Shown: positions 8,967 through 17,264 of the stretch, piece by piece
How the letters are laid out: every line of letters starts with the position of its first letter
Position numbering within the stretch: the stretch's first letter is position 1
NCBI RefSeq assembly: GCF_008000775.2
Contig: NZ_CP042905.2
Location: 1,020,001 to 1,052,000 of the forward strand
Length of the DNA stretch: 32,000 nt
Direction of reading: 5' to 3'
Source: Promethearchaeum syntrophicum
Lineage (GTDB): Archaea; Asgardarchaeota; Lokiarchaeia; Sigyniarchaeales; Promethearchaeaceae
Program-made: the position numbers and the translations under genes
The notes under the pieces: model-generated
Databases searched by the model: none
Seen by the model: only the letters and a program-made list of their open reading frames with translations
What the model was told of the DNA's origin: nothing

Positions 8967-8976
8967 TTTTTTTTTT
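8967..8976 (+). terminator. Oligo-T tract (T10) immediately after the PGM-like stop codon
   Basis: T10 starts 2 nt after the stop. It could terminate transcription or simply be spacer between co-transcribed genes, since the next start is at 9009. Confidence 0.25.
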
Positions 8977-9008
8977 GGAATATCAAAATAGAGATGGAGA
9001 AATAAGAA

Positions 9009-10160
9009 ATGGTTGAAAAATGGTCTGCAGTAATACTCGCTGGTGGATTAGGTTCCCGATTAAACCCCCTAACTGCAAAAATTTGTAAACCAATGGTTCC
9101 AGTATGCAATAGACCAATGGTTGATTATGCAATTGACCATTTAAGATATGCTGGAATAAAAAAAATTATTATTGTAGTAAAGCATCTCGGAAATGAACTT
9201 CGTGACCTAATTAATTCAACTTGGACTAAAGAAATCTGTGAAAATTTGGGAATAGAAATATTAATTCCGAAGGTGAACTCAATGGGAACTGCAGATGCTG
9301 TTCGAAAAGTAGCAGATGAAATTACTTCAGAAAATTTCGTTGTATCTATGGCTGACATTGTTACAAATCTACCTATGACAAATTTTATGACCTATCATCT
9401 AAAAAAAAAAGCCCAAGCTACCGTTAGTATGAAAAGAATTGAAGAAATGGCTACAAAATACGGCAATACTCTCCTTGATAATGATGGAAAAATTATCCGA
9501 TTTTTAGAAAAACCTTCAAGTCAAGAAATTTATTTATCGGCATTAACAAGAAGAAATGCTCAAACTCTCCCTATAATTAACACCGGAATTTATTGTTTTA
9601 ATCGTGAAATATTAGATCTGATTAAAGAAACAACTTTCATGGATTTTGGAAAGGAAATATTCCCGTATCTACTCGAACATCAATATCGACTTTATGGCTT
9701 TGTTGATGATTATTATTGGTTAGATGTAGGTAATCCAACTACCTACTTATGGAGTAATTGGGATATTCTCAGACTATACGGATGGCCAATTACTCCGCCA
9801 GGCAGTCAAGAGGAGAAATTTAAATGGTTTCTGGAAAAACCGCCATCTCATCTAAAATATAATGAGAACATTTGCATTGGAAAGAATTGCACTTTTGGTC
9901 AAAATAATTATATCAGCAGTTTATCATCAATTGGTTCAAATTGTACTTTCGGTGTTAATGTGAAAGTAGACAAAAGCGTGATTTGGGATAATGTTAAGAT
10001 TGGAAATAATGTAATAATTGAACAAAGCGTTGTTGCAAATGGTTCTGTCATTGGAGATGATTGTGTTATCAAGAGCAACACTATTATTGGCCCTCACTCT
10101 AAAATTCGATCAAAAAGTGAATTAAACGCTAAAACACTTCAAGCTGACTCAAACATCTAG
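9009..10160 (+). CDS. Sugar-1-phosphate nucleotidylyltransferase (NDP-sugar pyrophosphorylase) with C-terminal left-handed beta-helix
   Basis: AVILAGGLGSRLNPLTAKICKPMVPVCNRPMVDYAIDHL matches the GGxGxRLxPLTxxxxKPxxP signature. The C-terminus has hexapeptide-like repeats (NCTFGQNNYISS..GSNCTFGVNVKVDKSVIWDNVKIGNNVIIEQSVVANGSVIGDDCVI). Confidence 0.8.
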   Translation: MVEKWSAVILAGGLGSRLNPLTAKICKPMVPVCNRPMVDYAIDHLRYAGIKKIIIVVKHLGNELRDLINSTWTKEICENLGIEILIPKVNSMGTADAVRKVADEITSENFVVSMADIVTNLPMTNFMTYHLKKKAQATVSMKRIEEMATKYGNTLLDNDGKIIRFLEKPSSQEIYLSALTRRNAQTLPIINTGIYCFNREILDLIKETTFMDFGKEIFPYLLEHQYRLYGFVDDYYWLDVGNPTTYLWSNWDILRLYGWPITPPGSQEEKFKWFLEKPPSHLKYNENICIGKNCTFGQNNYISSLSSIGSNCTFGVNVKVDKSVIWDNVKIGNNVIIEQSVVANGSVIGDDCVIKSNTIIGPHSKIRSKSELNAKTLQADSNI

Positions 10161-10331
10161 CTCGTTATTGTTTTTTTAATTACATTTTTACAATTATTTT
10201 TCGACATTTAATCTTAAAAATTCATCAATACAAATTTAAGCATTTAAAACCTAGTTAAACCATAAATACATTGTAAAAATAATTCAGCCAATTAAAACAC
10301 TATAAAAACGAAATAATTGTTGAGTATCCTT

Positions 10332-10880
10332 ATGTCTGGTCTTCGTGAATATATCTTCAAAATTGTAATTTTAGGTGATGGAAAAGTAGGTAAAACTTCC
10401 CTAGTATTACAATACACCGAGCATAAGTTCAACGAAAATTATATAATGTCTATTGGTGCAAATTTTGCAATAAAGATGGTCCATGTTAAAGATAATACTA
10501 TCATTCGACTTCAACTTTGGGATCTTGCTGGTCAACAACATTTTCAATTTGTGAGACCGAGTTTCTATCGTGGAGCTTTTGCTTCAATATTCGTTTTTGA
10601 TCTTACTCGAAGAGATTCTTTTAACAGTATTCGTAAATGGAAGGAAGAGTGTGATCAATATGTACCTGGAATTCCTCTTGTTCTAGTAGGGAATAAATCT
10701 GATTTAAATGATGAACGCGTTGTATCTCGAAGAGAAGGACAGGCACTTTCTTTGGAAATTGGCTCAGATTATTATTATGAAACTAGTGCTAAAACTGCGG
10801 ATAACATCGAAAAACTATTTTTAGATATCACTGATACTCTTATTGAAAAACATATAACGAATAGAAATTCAAAATCATGA
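10332..10880 (+). CDS. Eukaryote-like Rab/Ras-family small GTPase
   Basis: G1 is GDGKVGKTS, switch II/G3 is WDLAGQQHF, G4 is GNKSDL and G5 is ETSAK, in Rab-like spacing. There is no C-terminal Cys prenylation motif (the protein ends NRNSKS). The track start is TTG 10317; ATG 10332 gives MSGLREYIFKIVILGDG. Confidence 0.85.
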   Translation: MSGLREYIFKIVILGDGKVGKTSLVLQYTEHKFNENYIMSIGANFAIKMVHVKDNTIIRLQLWDLAGQQHFQFVRPSFYRGAFASIFVFDLTRRDSFNSIRKWKEECDQYVPGIPLVLVGNKSDLNDERVVSRREGQALSLEIGSDYYYETSAKTADNIEKLFLDITDTLIEKHITNRNSKS

Positions 10881-10918
10881 ATTTTGGTTATATGAATTTT
10901 AATTTTTATTCAGGAACC

Positions 10919-11572
10919 TTATTTTAAAATCGATAACCCGTTTGATATTTCAATTTTCAATTTCTCATGAATTTTTAAAAGGATCGGGTGGTCGGGGGGT
11001 AAATTTGCTTCAAGTAATTCCCTTTCTTTATAATTTCCTTCAGAATACAATCTTTCTAATTCCTCTTCAGTTAAAGCTTTCTCATTTTGAATAAGTTGTT
11101 GTGCAAGATCCAGAGTTGTTTTATTTATATGCAAAGGATCTACATCCTCTTCTGAAATTATATCCCAAGTTTCTATTGTTTTTTTTTTCTTTTTGAACTG
11201 TAATGAATCAATAGGCATGGGAATATCAAGAAATACTTTGTTACTGTCATTATGTGGTAAAAATTTTCTAAAAAATATGTTTCCATTCAATTTTTTATTC
11301 TTAATTATCCATTTAATTAATGCGGTATCAATAATATCTAGTTTAATAGAAACCCATTTATTTATGGTAGAATTTATTTTAAAAGCACCGTAAGCGTAAA
11401 ATGGGCAAAAAATTATAACCATATAAGCGAAAATATTAAGTCCTCTAGCAAAGAAAAAAGCTGAGAGTATAATTAAATTTAAAATTACATCAATGTGTAA
11501 CGCAACCCTTAATTGTGCTCTTCTCTGTGGTAACACTTTTTTCACTTTCTCCAACTTATACCATTTACTCAA
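10919..11572 (-). CDS. Membrane protein (2 TM hairpin) with a cytoplasmic region ending in a 67-aa module shared with the LRR protein
   Basis: Two hydrophobic helices are present (LIILSAFFFARGLNIFAYMVIIFCPFYAYGAF). The C-terminus KTTLDLAQQLIQNEKALTEEELERLYSEGNYKERELLEANLPPDHPILLKIHEKLKIEISNGLSILK aligns without gaps to the C-terminus of the 20424-21815 product. Function unknown. Confidence 0.6.
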   Translation of the reverse strand: MSKWYKLEKVKKVLPQRRAQLRVALHIDVILNLIILSAFFFARGLNIFAYMVIIFCPFYAYGAFKINSTINKWVSIKLDIIDTALIKWIIKNKKLNGNIFFRKFLPHNDSNKVFLDIPMPIDSLQFKKKKKTIETWDIISEEDVDPLHINKTTLDLAQQLIQNEKALTEEELERLYSEGNYKERELLEANLPPDHPILLKIHEKLKIEISNGLSILK

Positions 11573-11698
11573 TGAATTTAATACAAACCAAATTAAAAAA
11601 GTATATTACAAAAAATTGGACCCCTAAAATTATTTAATTTAAAATATCTTCTATTTTTTTGTAGGAAATTAATTATATAAAAAATCGGAGTTTAATGA

Positions 11699-12619
11699 AT
11701 GTCTCAAAAAACATCTAAATTTTGCTGGGGTTGTGGAAATCAGTTAAAACCTGGACAAAAATTTTGCACTCGGTGTGGAAAGGTGGTAACTTCTCAAATC
11801 AAAGCATCTCAACCCATTGTTGAACGTAAACAAGAAACTAAATCAAATTATGGTAAATTAGCACCTGTTCAACAAACTAAAGAGAATTATCAAGAAAGAA
11901 ATATCCCTAAAGTAAATTCTGTTGATTTAAGTGAAATTGAAAAGAAAATCGATGATCTTCGCTCAAGTCTCGGTGGCCAATTTGAGAAACTTGAATATAA
12001 AGTAAACGGATTCAATGTTGAAAATAAAATTATAGATTTAAAATCCAAATTTGATAAATTATTACCTGAAATATCCAATATGAAAGAATTTAAAAAACTC
12101 GAGAAATTGGACCGACTTGATAGATTGGAGAAATTGGATAGACTGGAGAAGTTGGATAATTTAGAAAAACTCGCCACCGCTGAGGATTTAAGAAATCTTG
12201 ACGAAAAAATCAATAATCTGAACACACGAGATTTAGAATCAAAAATTACTTCTCTTGAAGAAAAAATGAATTCAAAGTTGAGTTCTATTGAAGAAGGAAT
12301 CGATAGTTTCCAATCAGATTCAAAAATTGTCAACCTCGCTTCTAATACTGTCGAAAGATTAAACACTATGGATAGAAATATTGAAAATTTTAACCTTGAA
12401 ACTCGAACCCGGTTATCGAAAATGGATGACAAGATTGAAGAATTAAACTCATCGTTATCTGCATTAGTTCCAACCCTTTTGAAATTAAATGAAAAAGTGA
12501 GTAAATTGTTAGTTAAGTCAACAACTAAACCAACTGACATTCAAAAAGGGGCGAAAAAACCAGAAGAGGCCAGTAAACCACCTAAATCTAAATTAGATCT
12601 TCCACCATTTCCCGCTTAA
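11699..12619 (+). CDS. Zinc-ribbon plus long coiled-coil protein with a Pro/Lys-rich tail
   Basis: The N-terminus carries CWGCGNQLKPGQKFCTRCG (CxxC...CxxC). The central ~200 aa are heptad-like and E/K/L/N/D-rich, including the LEKLDRLDRLEKLDRLEKLDNLEKL repeats. The tail reads KKPEEASKPPKSKLDLPPFPA. Confidence 0.7.
   Translation: MSQKTSKFCWGCGNQLKPGQKFCTRCGKVVTSQIKASQPIVERKQETKSNYGKLAPVQQTKENYQERNIPKVNSVDLSEIEKKIDDLRSSLGGQFEKLEYKVNGFNVENKIIDLKSKFDKLLPEISNMKEFKKLEKLDRLDRLEKLDRLEKLDNLEKLATAEDLRNLDEKINNLNTRDLESKITSLEEKMNSKLSSIEEGIDSFQSDSKIVNLASNTVERLNTMDRNIENFNLETRTRLSKMDDKIEELNSSLSALVPTLLKLNEKVSKLLVKSTTKPTDIQKGAKKPEEASKPPKSKLDLPPFPA
12095..12172 (+). repeat. Tandem 9/18-bp coding repeat encoding (LEK/LDR)n
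   Basis: The DNA reads aaactcgagaaattggaccgacttgatagattggagaaattggatagactggagaagttggataatttagaaaaactc and encodes KLEKLDRLDRLEKLDRLEKLDNLEKL. Codon usage differs among units. Confidence 0.8.
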
Positions 12620-12762
12620 CATTTTTTCTTTATCTTTTATTTTGGTTTTCAAAAAAATTTTATTCAATGATAATTTTACTAATTCAGATAATTCTCGAAT
12701 ATTATCAAGAACAGAGTAAAAAAATACGTCTTTGTCAATTCGAGAAAAAAAATGTGATTAAA

Positions 12763-12921
12763 ATGCCAGTAACGGACCCATATCTAAGACGCGTAGCTGA
12801 CCACTATCATCTATATGTTTACATTTGCAGGAAATGTGGTGCTCGAAATCCCTTTAGGGCGAAGAAATGCCGAAGATGTCGGAGTAAGGACTTAAGACCT
12901 AAGCGACGCGAGAGAAAGTGA
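12763..12921 (+). CDS. rpl40e: 50S ribosomal protein L40e
   Basis: MPVTDPYLRRVADHYHLYVYICRKCGARNPFRAKKCRRCRSKDLRPKRRERK is about 52 aa with the CRKCG...CRRC zinc-ribbon typical of L40e. The track ORF start at 12667 adds an implausible 32-aa hydrophobic extension. Confidence 0.9.
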   Translation: MPVTDPYLRRVADHYHLYVYICRKCGARNPFRAKKCRRCRSKDLRPKRRERK

Positions 12922-12947
12922 CATAAAAATTAAAAGAGAAGATTATC

Positions 12948-13145
12948 ATGCCCAAAGAAATATTTAATGAAGAAGAATTTCTTAACATTGCCAAAAGTTT
13001 GGCTGTTGAGTGCCGTATTAAGAAATCTGGTGATACTGTTAAACTAAAATTACGCACACCGAAACACCTTTATACATACAAAACTGAAACAGGAAAAGCA
13101 GAATCTCTATTAAGTCAGATCGAAATTGAAAAGATCGAATTATAA
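12948..13145 (+). CDS. rpl38e: 50S ribosomal protein L38e
   Basis: MPKEIFNEEEFLNIAKSLAVECRIKKSGDTVKLKLRTPKHLYTYKTETGKAESLLSQI aligns by eye with eukaryotic RPL38 ([60 protein letters not shown]). Confidence 0.8.
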   Translation: MPKEIFNEEEFLNIAKSLAVECRIKKSGDTVKLKLRTPKHLYTYKTETGKAESLLSQIEIEKIEL

Positions 13146-13201
13146 GCGCCTTTCATTTTATTCATATTTTTTTCTAATTGTTATTAATAATGGTGAATAC
13201 G

Positions 13202-13567
13202 ATGAGCCTTAAAATCAAATATAAGCAAGTAATTGTTTTACGAACAGACATTAAAATGTCAGTAGGAAAAAAAGTTGCTCAAGGGTGCCACGCTTCAGTA
13301 ATTGCAGTCGAAAACGCCCGAAAAATGACACCCTCAATATTAGGGAGTTGGGGAAATGAGGGGCAACGAAAAATAGCTTTAAAGGTTCAAACTGAAGAGG
13401 ATTTAATTGATGTTTACCAATTAGCAAAATCCTTGCATTTACCATGTTCTATTATTCAAGATGCAGGACTTACTCAGCTTGCACCGGGAACCAAGACTGC
13501 AGTTGGGATTGGACCTGCGTTATCTAGTGATATTGATAAAATAACAAAAACACTAAAATTGCTTTAA
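13202..13567 (+). CDS. pth2: Peptidyl-tRNA hydrolase, archaeal/eukaryotic Pth2 type
   Basis: KQVIVLRTDIKMSVGKKVAQGCHAS...GQRKIALKV..EEDL...A....LP...IQDAG.TQLAPGTKTAVGIGP is the Pth2 signature. Alternative starts are TTG 13178 and ATG 13190. Confidence 0.85.
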   Translation: MSLKIKYKQVIVLRTDIKMSVGKKVAQGCHASVIAVENARKMTPSILGSWGNEGQRKIALKVQTEEDLIDVYQLAKSLHLPCSIIQDAGLTQLAPGTKTAVGIGPALSSDIDKITKTLKLL

Positions 13568-13637
13568 TTTTCATGTTTTACTTAAATCGGAACAATCCTT
13601 AAATAGGAGAAACTACAAAAATCAATAGGTAACAAAA

Positions 13638-14027
13638 ATGCCAATGATATCTCTTCAAATCAGTCAAGATTTAATAAAAAAACTTGATGAAATTCAAGAA
13701 AAACTTGAATATTCTTCTCGTAGCGAGACTTTAAGGGAAAGCGTTTTATTCTTTATTCAAGAACACCAAGATTCACTTCCGATAATCGGTCATAAGATTG
13801 CAGTAATAGTTGTTGTGCACGAAGCGCGTGAAGATATTCTCGATAAATTCTCTTTACAAGTAGAGAAATATGAGAATATTGTAAAATCAGTCACCCAATA
13901 TAATCTGAAGAATAAAATAATGAAAAATTTAATTGTGGCTGGATCTGGCGAAGAAATTGGAGATTTGTTTCATGAATTAAATAGCGAGCGACTTTTCCAA
14001 AGTTCTATTACCTATGTTATTGTATAA
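13638..14027 (+). CDS. Ribbon-helix-helix (CopG/NikR-like) transcriptional regulator with a C-terminal ACT-like domain
   Basis: The N-terminus ISLQISQDLIKKLDEIQEKLEYSSRSETLRESVLFFI is an RHH with the SRSE motif. The C-terminal ~80 aa resemble the NikR metal-binding domain in length, but the canonical His/Cys nickel ligands are not evident. Confidence 0.55.
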   Translation: MPMISLQISQDLIKKLDEIQEKLEYSSRSETLRESVLFFIQEHQDSLPIIGHKIAVIVVVHEAREDILDKFSLQVEKYENIVKSVTQYNLKNKIMKNLIVAGSGEEIGDLFHELNSERLFQSSITYVIV

Positions 14028-14034
14028 TTTTTTT

Positions 14035-14883
14035 TCAAAGCAATTTTAGCGAATAATCCATCTTTATATGTGGATTTAAAATAGTTTGCGATGTACTAAT
14101 AATATCTACTCCTGTTTTTGCATATGCAAGTAGATTTTCTTTATCGATATTTCCTGAAGCTTCAAAGAGAATATGAGATCGATCTTTTATTAACGTTAAC
14201 GCATCAGTAATTTGTTCTGGGGTCATATTATCTAACATAATAATATCTGCTCCGTTCTCTGCTGCTTTTACTATGTCTTCTGTTTTTTCTATTTCAATTT
14301 CAATTTTTTTTGAGAAGCTTAATCGATTTTTGACAGTTTGGAGCAATTTTTCGATATCTCCATTATAGAATTTCAAATGAGTATCCTTGAACATTACCAT
14401 ATCGGAAAGATTCCACCGGTGTGTGTCTCCATCCCCATAAAAAACGGCTTTCTTTTCAAACCAACCAAAACCGGGTGTAATTTTTCTTGTGGCTGCAATC
14501 TTGGTTGACAAATTATTATTACGAATTAATTGTACTAAATCTTTTGTGCTGGTGGCTATTGAAGATAATTTCATTAAAAAATTCAATGCGGTCCTTTCAA
14601 TAGTTAGTATATTTTGCAGATTTCCATTTAATTCCATCAAAATGTCTCCTTGTTCTATTTTATCACCATCATCGAAATTTTGTTTGACTTTAATTCCCCC
14701 ATCTTCAAATAGAAGGGTTGCTTCTTCTGCACCCGCAATTATTCCAGAGGATTTTGCAATTATTTTTGCAGCACCTATTTCTCTTTCAGGAATAAAACTG
14801 CTTGAGAGATCCCCATATCCGATATCTAAATTAAGATACTTTCTTAATCGTGCCAATAATACTGGTTTTGGAATAGTAAACAT
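14035..14883 (-). CDS. nadC: Nicotinate-nucleotide pyrophosphorylase (quinolinate phosphoribosyltransferase)
   Basis: LNLDIGYGDLSS, ERTALNFLMKLSSIAT, ATRKITPGFG, KKAVFYGDGDTHRWNLSDMVMFKDTH and the MLDNM..EQI motifs are typical of NadC. Length is 282 aa. Confidence 0.85.
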   Translation of the reverse strand: MFTIPKPVLLARLRKYLNLDIGYGDLSSSFIPEREIGAAKIIAKSSGIIAGAEEATLLFEDGGIKVKQNFDDGDKIEQGDILMELNGNLQNILTIERTALNFLMKLSSIATSTKDLVQLIRNNNLSTKIAATRKITPGFGWFEKKAVFYGDGDTHRWNLSDMVMFKDTHLKFYNGDIEKLLQTVKNRLSFSKKIEIEIEKTEDIVKAAENGADIIMLDNMTPEQITDALTLIKDRSHILFEASGNIDKENLLAYAKTGVDIISTSQTILNPHIKMDYSLKLL

Positions 14884-14907
14884 ACGTTTTTTCTCCTTAC
14901 ATAAATA

Positions 14908-16587
14908 TTATTTTTCATCCTTTTTTTCCTTTTTATTCTCACTTTTTTTCCGAATCTGATACTGATTCGATGGATAAAGGAGATTTTTTTGTTTTTTTTT
15001 CTCGTTATAAGTATATGGGATATACACTGGTTCTAGGGTAGATGGGTTCAATCCTGTGTAATACATACAGGTAGATATTGACATTGGAGTTGGAGTAAAT
15101 ATTTGAATGCTCTCTGTATTTTGAAAACCTAATTCTTCCAGTTTTTTTCTTAAATCATAAACATCTTCCATTGTACTGCCAGGATGCGCAGTAATAAAAT
15201 AGTATTTTAGATGTTGTTTAAGAGGTTTATTGATTTTATCAAATTTTTCTTTAAATTCATCAAATCTGTCATTAGGTTTATTCATTAAAGTTGACACTTT
15301 TGGAGAAAAATGTTCAGGAGCTATTTTTAAATTACCGGAAATATGGTGTTCAGATAATTCTTTAAGGTATTCATAATAATCAATTGCCAAATCATACCTT
15401 ATTCCGCTCCTAACAAAAGTTTTCTTAATACCCTCAATTTTTCTGCTTTCTTGCAAGAGTTCTAATGCGTTTTCATGTGATTTATTTAAGATTGAACATT
15501 CAATGCAATTATTTTCACATGTATAAGCATTTAGACAATCCATCCCGTACATATTGGCAGATGGTCCTCCGATATCTGATATATACCCTTTAAAATCGGA
15601 AAATTCAGTCATTCGTTTAATTTCAGAGGTAATATTTTCTATACTTCGGGAAATAATTTTAGTTCCTTGATGAAGTGCAATACTACAAAAACTACAATTT
15701 CCAAAACAACCGCGATGAGTTATTATCGAAAACTTGGTCATTTGGAATTCCTTAAATTTCTCAGGAATTTTATATGAAAAAGGGAGTTCATAGAGAGCAT
15801 CCAATTCTTTAGAAGTATAGTTATGCATTTTATATTGAACTATAGCTCGATTATCAACTTGTTGCACTAAATTTTTTTGATTTGAAAATTGTATCTGCAT
15901 TTTACAGAACAACTTATTATCGTGAGTAACTTCCTTATAGGAAGGTAAGATTTCAAAGAGTTTTTTGGAAAATTCAACTTTTCCAAAGGATTCAGCACTT
16001 TTCTTTGAAATTAGGCATGTTCCCGCAATATTTTCTAATCCTTGTTTATTTTTTAATCGTGAAGCAATTTGCTTTATTTGATTTTCTCCAGGCCCATATA
16101 CTAACAAATCTGCTTTAGCATCAAATAAAATTGGTCGCCTTACTTTATTATCCCAATAATCATAATGGGTAAATCTACGGAGAGATGCTTCAACTCCTCC
16201 AATAATTATTGGAATAAAACTTCCTTGAGAGAATTCCTTTTGAGCGCGTCTGATTAATTGAGAATATACAATGATTGCGCGATCTGGAATTTCTGATGAG
16301 AATGGTTTATATGGATCTTCAGACCTGAGTTTCTTTAGAGGAGTATAATTTTGCAGCATGCTATCGATAGCTCCAGAAGTTACCCCATAAAATAAGTTTG
16401 GAAGCCCGAATTTTTTAATGTCCTTTGTAGAACGCCAATCTGGTTTTTCAAGAATTCCAATACTAAATCCCTCTGCTTCTAAAATTCGCGCAATCACTCC
16501 TATTCCTGAGTGCGGATGATCTGCCCAATAGTCGCCACTTACTAGAATTACATCAAAAGGTTTTTTATTTGGATCGGTTGAAATCAA
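14908..16587 (-). CDS. YgiQ-family (UPF0313) radical SAM protein
   Basis: DVILVSGDYWADHPHSGIGVIARILEAEGFSIGILEKPDW...PNLFYGVTSGAIDSML...IIGGVEASLRRFTHYDYWDNKVRRPILFDAKADLLVYG closely parallels E. coli YgiQ. The radical SAM cluster motif is HRGCFGNCSFCSI. The C-terminal tail is Lys-rich. Confidence 0.85.
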   Translation of the reverse strand: MISTDPNKKPFDVILVSGDYWADHPHSGIGVIARILEAEGFSIGILEKPDWRSTKDIKKFGLPNLFYGVTSGAIDSMLQNYTPLKKLRSEDPYKPFSSEIPDRAIIVYSQLIRRAQKEFSQGSFIPIIIGGVEASLRRFTHYDYWDNKVRRPILFDAKADLLVYGPGENQIKQIASRLKNKQGLENIAGTCLISKKSAESFGKVEFSKKLFEILPSYKEVTHDNKLFCKMQIQFSNQKNLVQQVDNRAIVQYKMHNYTSKELDALYELPFSYKIPEKFKEFQMTKFSIITHRGCFGNCSFCSIALHQGTKIISRSIENITSEIKRMTEFSDFKGYISDIGGPSANMYGMDCLNAYTCENNCIECSILNKSHENALELLQESRKIEGIKKTFVRSGIRYDLAIDYYEYLKELSEHHISGNLKIAPEHFSPKVSTLMNKPNDRFDEFKEKFDKINKPLKQHLKYYFITAHPGSTMEDVYDLRKKLEELGFQNTESIQIFTPTPMSISTCMYYTGLNPSTLEPVYIPYTYNEKKKQKNLLYPSNQYQIRKKSENKKEKKDEK

Positions 16588-16589
16588 GA

Positions 16590-17219
16590 TTATTCGCCAA
16601 TTGCTTTTTCTCGAACGGGTCCACGAGGACTGGTTTCTTCAAATATTGTAGCAGTAAAGCTTTCTACAGTGGTTTCTTCTAAATCTTTCCAAGCGTCCGC
16701 TCCCAACCATGCTTTTTGGCAGGTTTGCTGAAGAAAAGTTAAAACATCCCAATTTCGATTGTGTTCAACAGGTACTTGTGGAAGAAGAAGTCCTCGATGA
16801 GCTCCTCGTGATATAATTAATCCATCCTGCCCGATAACTATTTTTTTTAGATATTCTTGGGGATCAGATACGATAATTTTTTCCGGAACAGATAAAATCG
16901 AAATTTCGATCGTAGTATCATCCATTTCATCCAACGTTAAACTGGGAAACCTGGGATCGTCAACAGCTGAAGAAATAGAGACTTTATGTATTGTTTCCCA
17001 TAAGGGAAACCGGGGGAGTATATATCCTATACACCCACGTAATGGATTTCCATTCTTAATTGAATGTGTATTAAGAGTTACGAAAGCTCCGCCTTTATTG
17101 GAAAAATGATCCTTTATTTCTTTTGGGACATCAAATTTCTTTCGTTTAGTTAGAAAATGTTCGATATTATCTCGTGCAAAATGAATTAATTTTTCTCCAT
17201 CTTCTAAATTTAATTTCAT
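16590..17219 (-). CDS. AMMECR1-domain protein
   Basis: GAFVTLNTH......LRGCIGYILP ... DPRFPSL ... ISILS ... GLIISRGAHRGLLLPQV is the AMMECR1 signature. Its stop codon lies 2 nt from the YgiQ start. Confidence 0.85.
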   Translation of the reverse strand: MKLNLEDGEKLIHFARDNIEHFLTKRKKFDVPKEIKDHFSNKGGAFVTLNTHSIKNGNPLRGCIGYILPRFPLWETIHKVSISSAVDDPRFPSLTLDEMDDTTIEISILSVPEKIIVSDPQEYLKKIVIGQDGLIISRGAHRGLLLPQVPVEHNRNWDVLTFLQQTCQKAWLGADAWKDLEETTVESFTATIFEETSPRGPVREKAIGE

Positions 17220-17264
17220 ATGTCTATAGAAGTAAAAGAATGTAAAAATATTCTCTAAATTAAA

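Noticed and set aside
11890-12540. 216-aa minus-strand ORF antisense to the coiled-coil gene
   Set aside because: It is a mirror artefact of a low-complexity E/K/L-rich gene. The sense strand has a zinc ribbon and coherent heptads, whereas the antisense product is S/F/N-rich nonsense.
12667-12762. 32-codon N-terminal extension of the L40e ORF
   Set aside because: L40e proteins are about 50 aa and start MP... The extension is hydrophobic junk (MIILLIQIILEYY), and the internal ATG at 12763 gives a canonical L40e.
14489-14959. 156-aa + strand ORF overlapping nadC and the YgiQ 3' end
   Set aside because: It is antisense to two confidently identified genes and has no motifs. The other track ORFs at 1969-2175, 4152-4349, 5688-5873, 7528-7818, 8169-8408, 8338-8553, 8858-9109, 9125-9358, 11193-11393, 13251-13445, 19595-19870, 20911-21114, 21485-21673, 22028-22240, 23549-23734, 26649-26831, 27416-27625, 28013-28261, 29977-30171 and 31264-31572 were rejected for the same reason.
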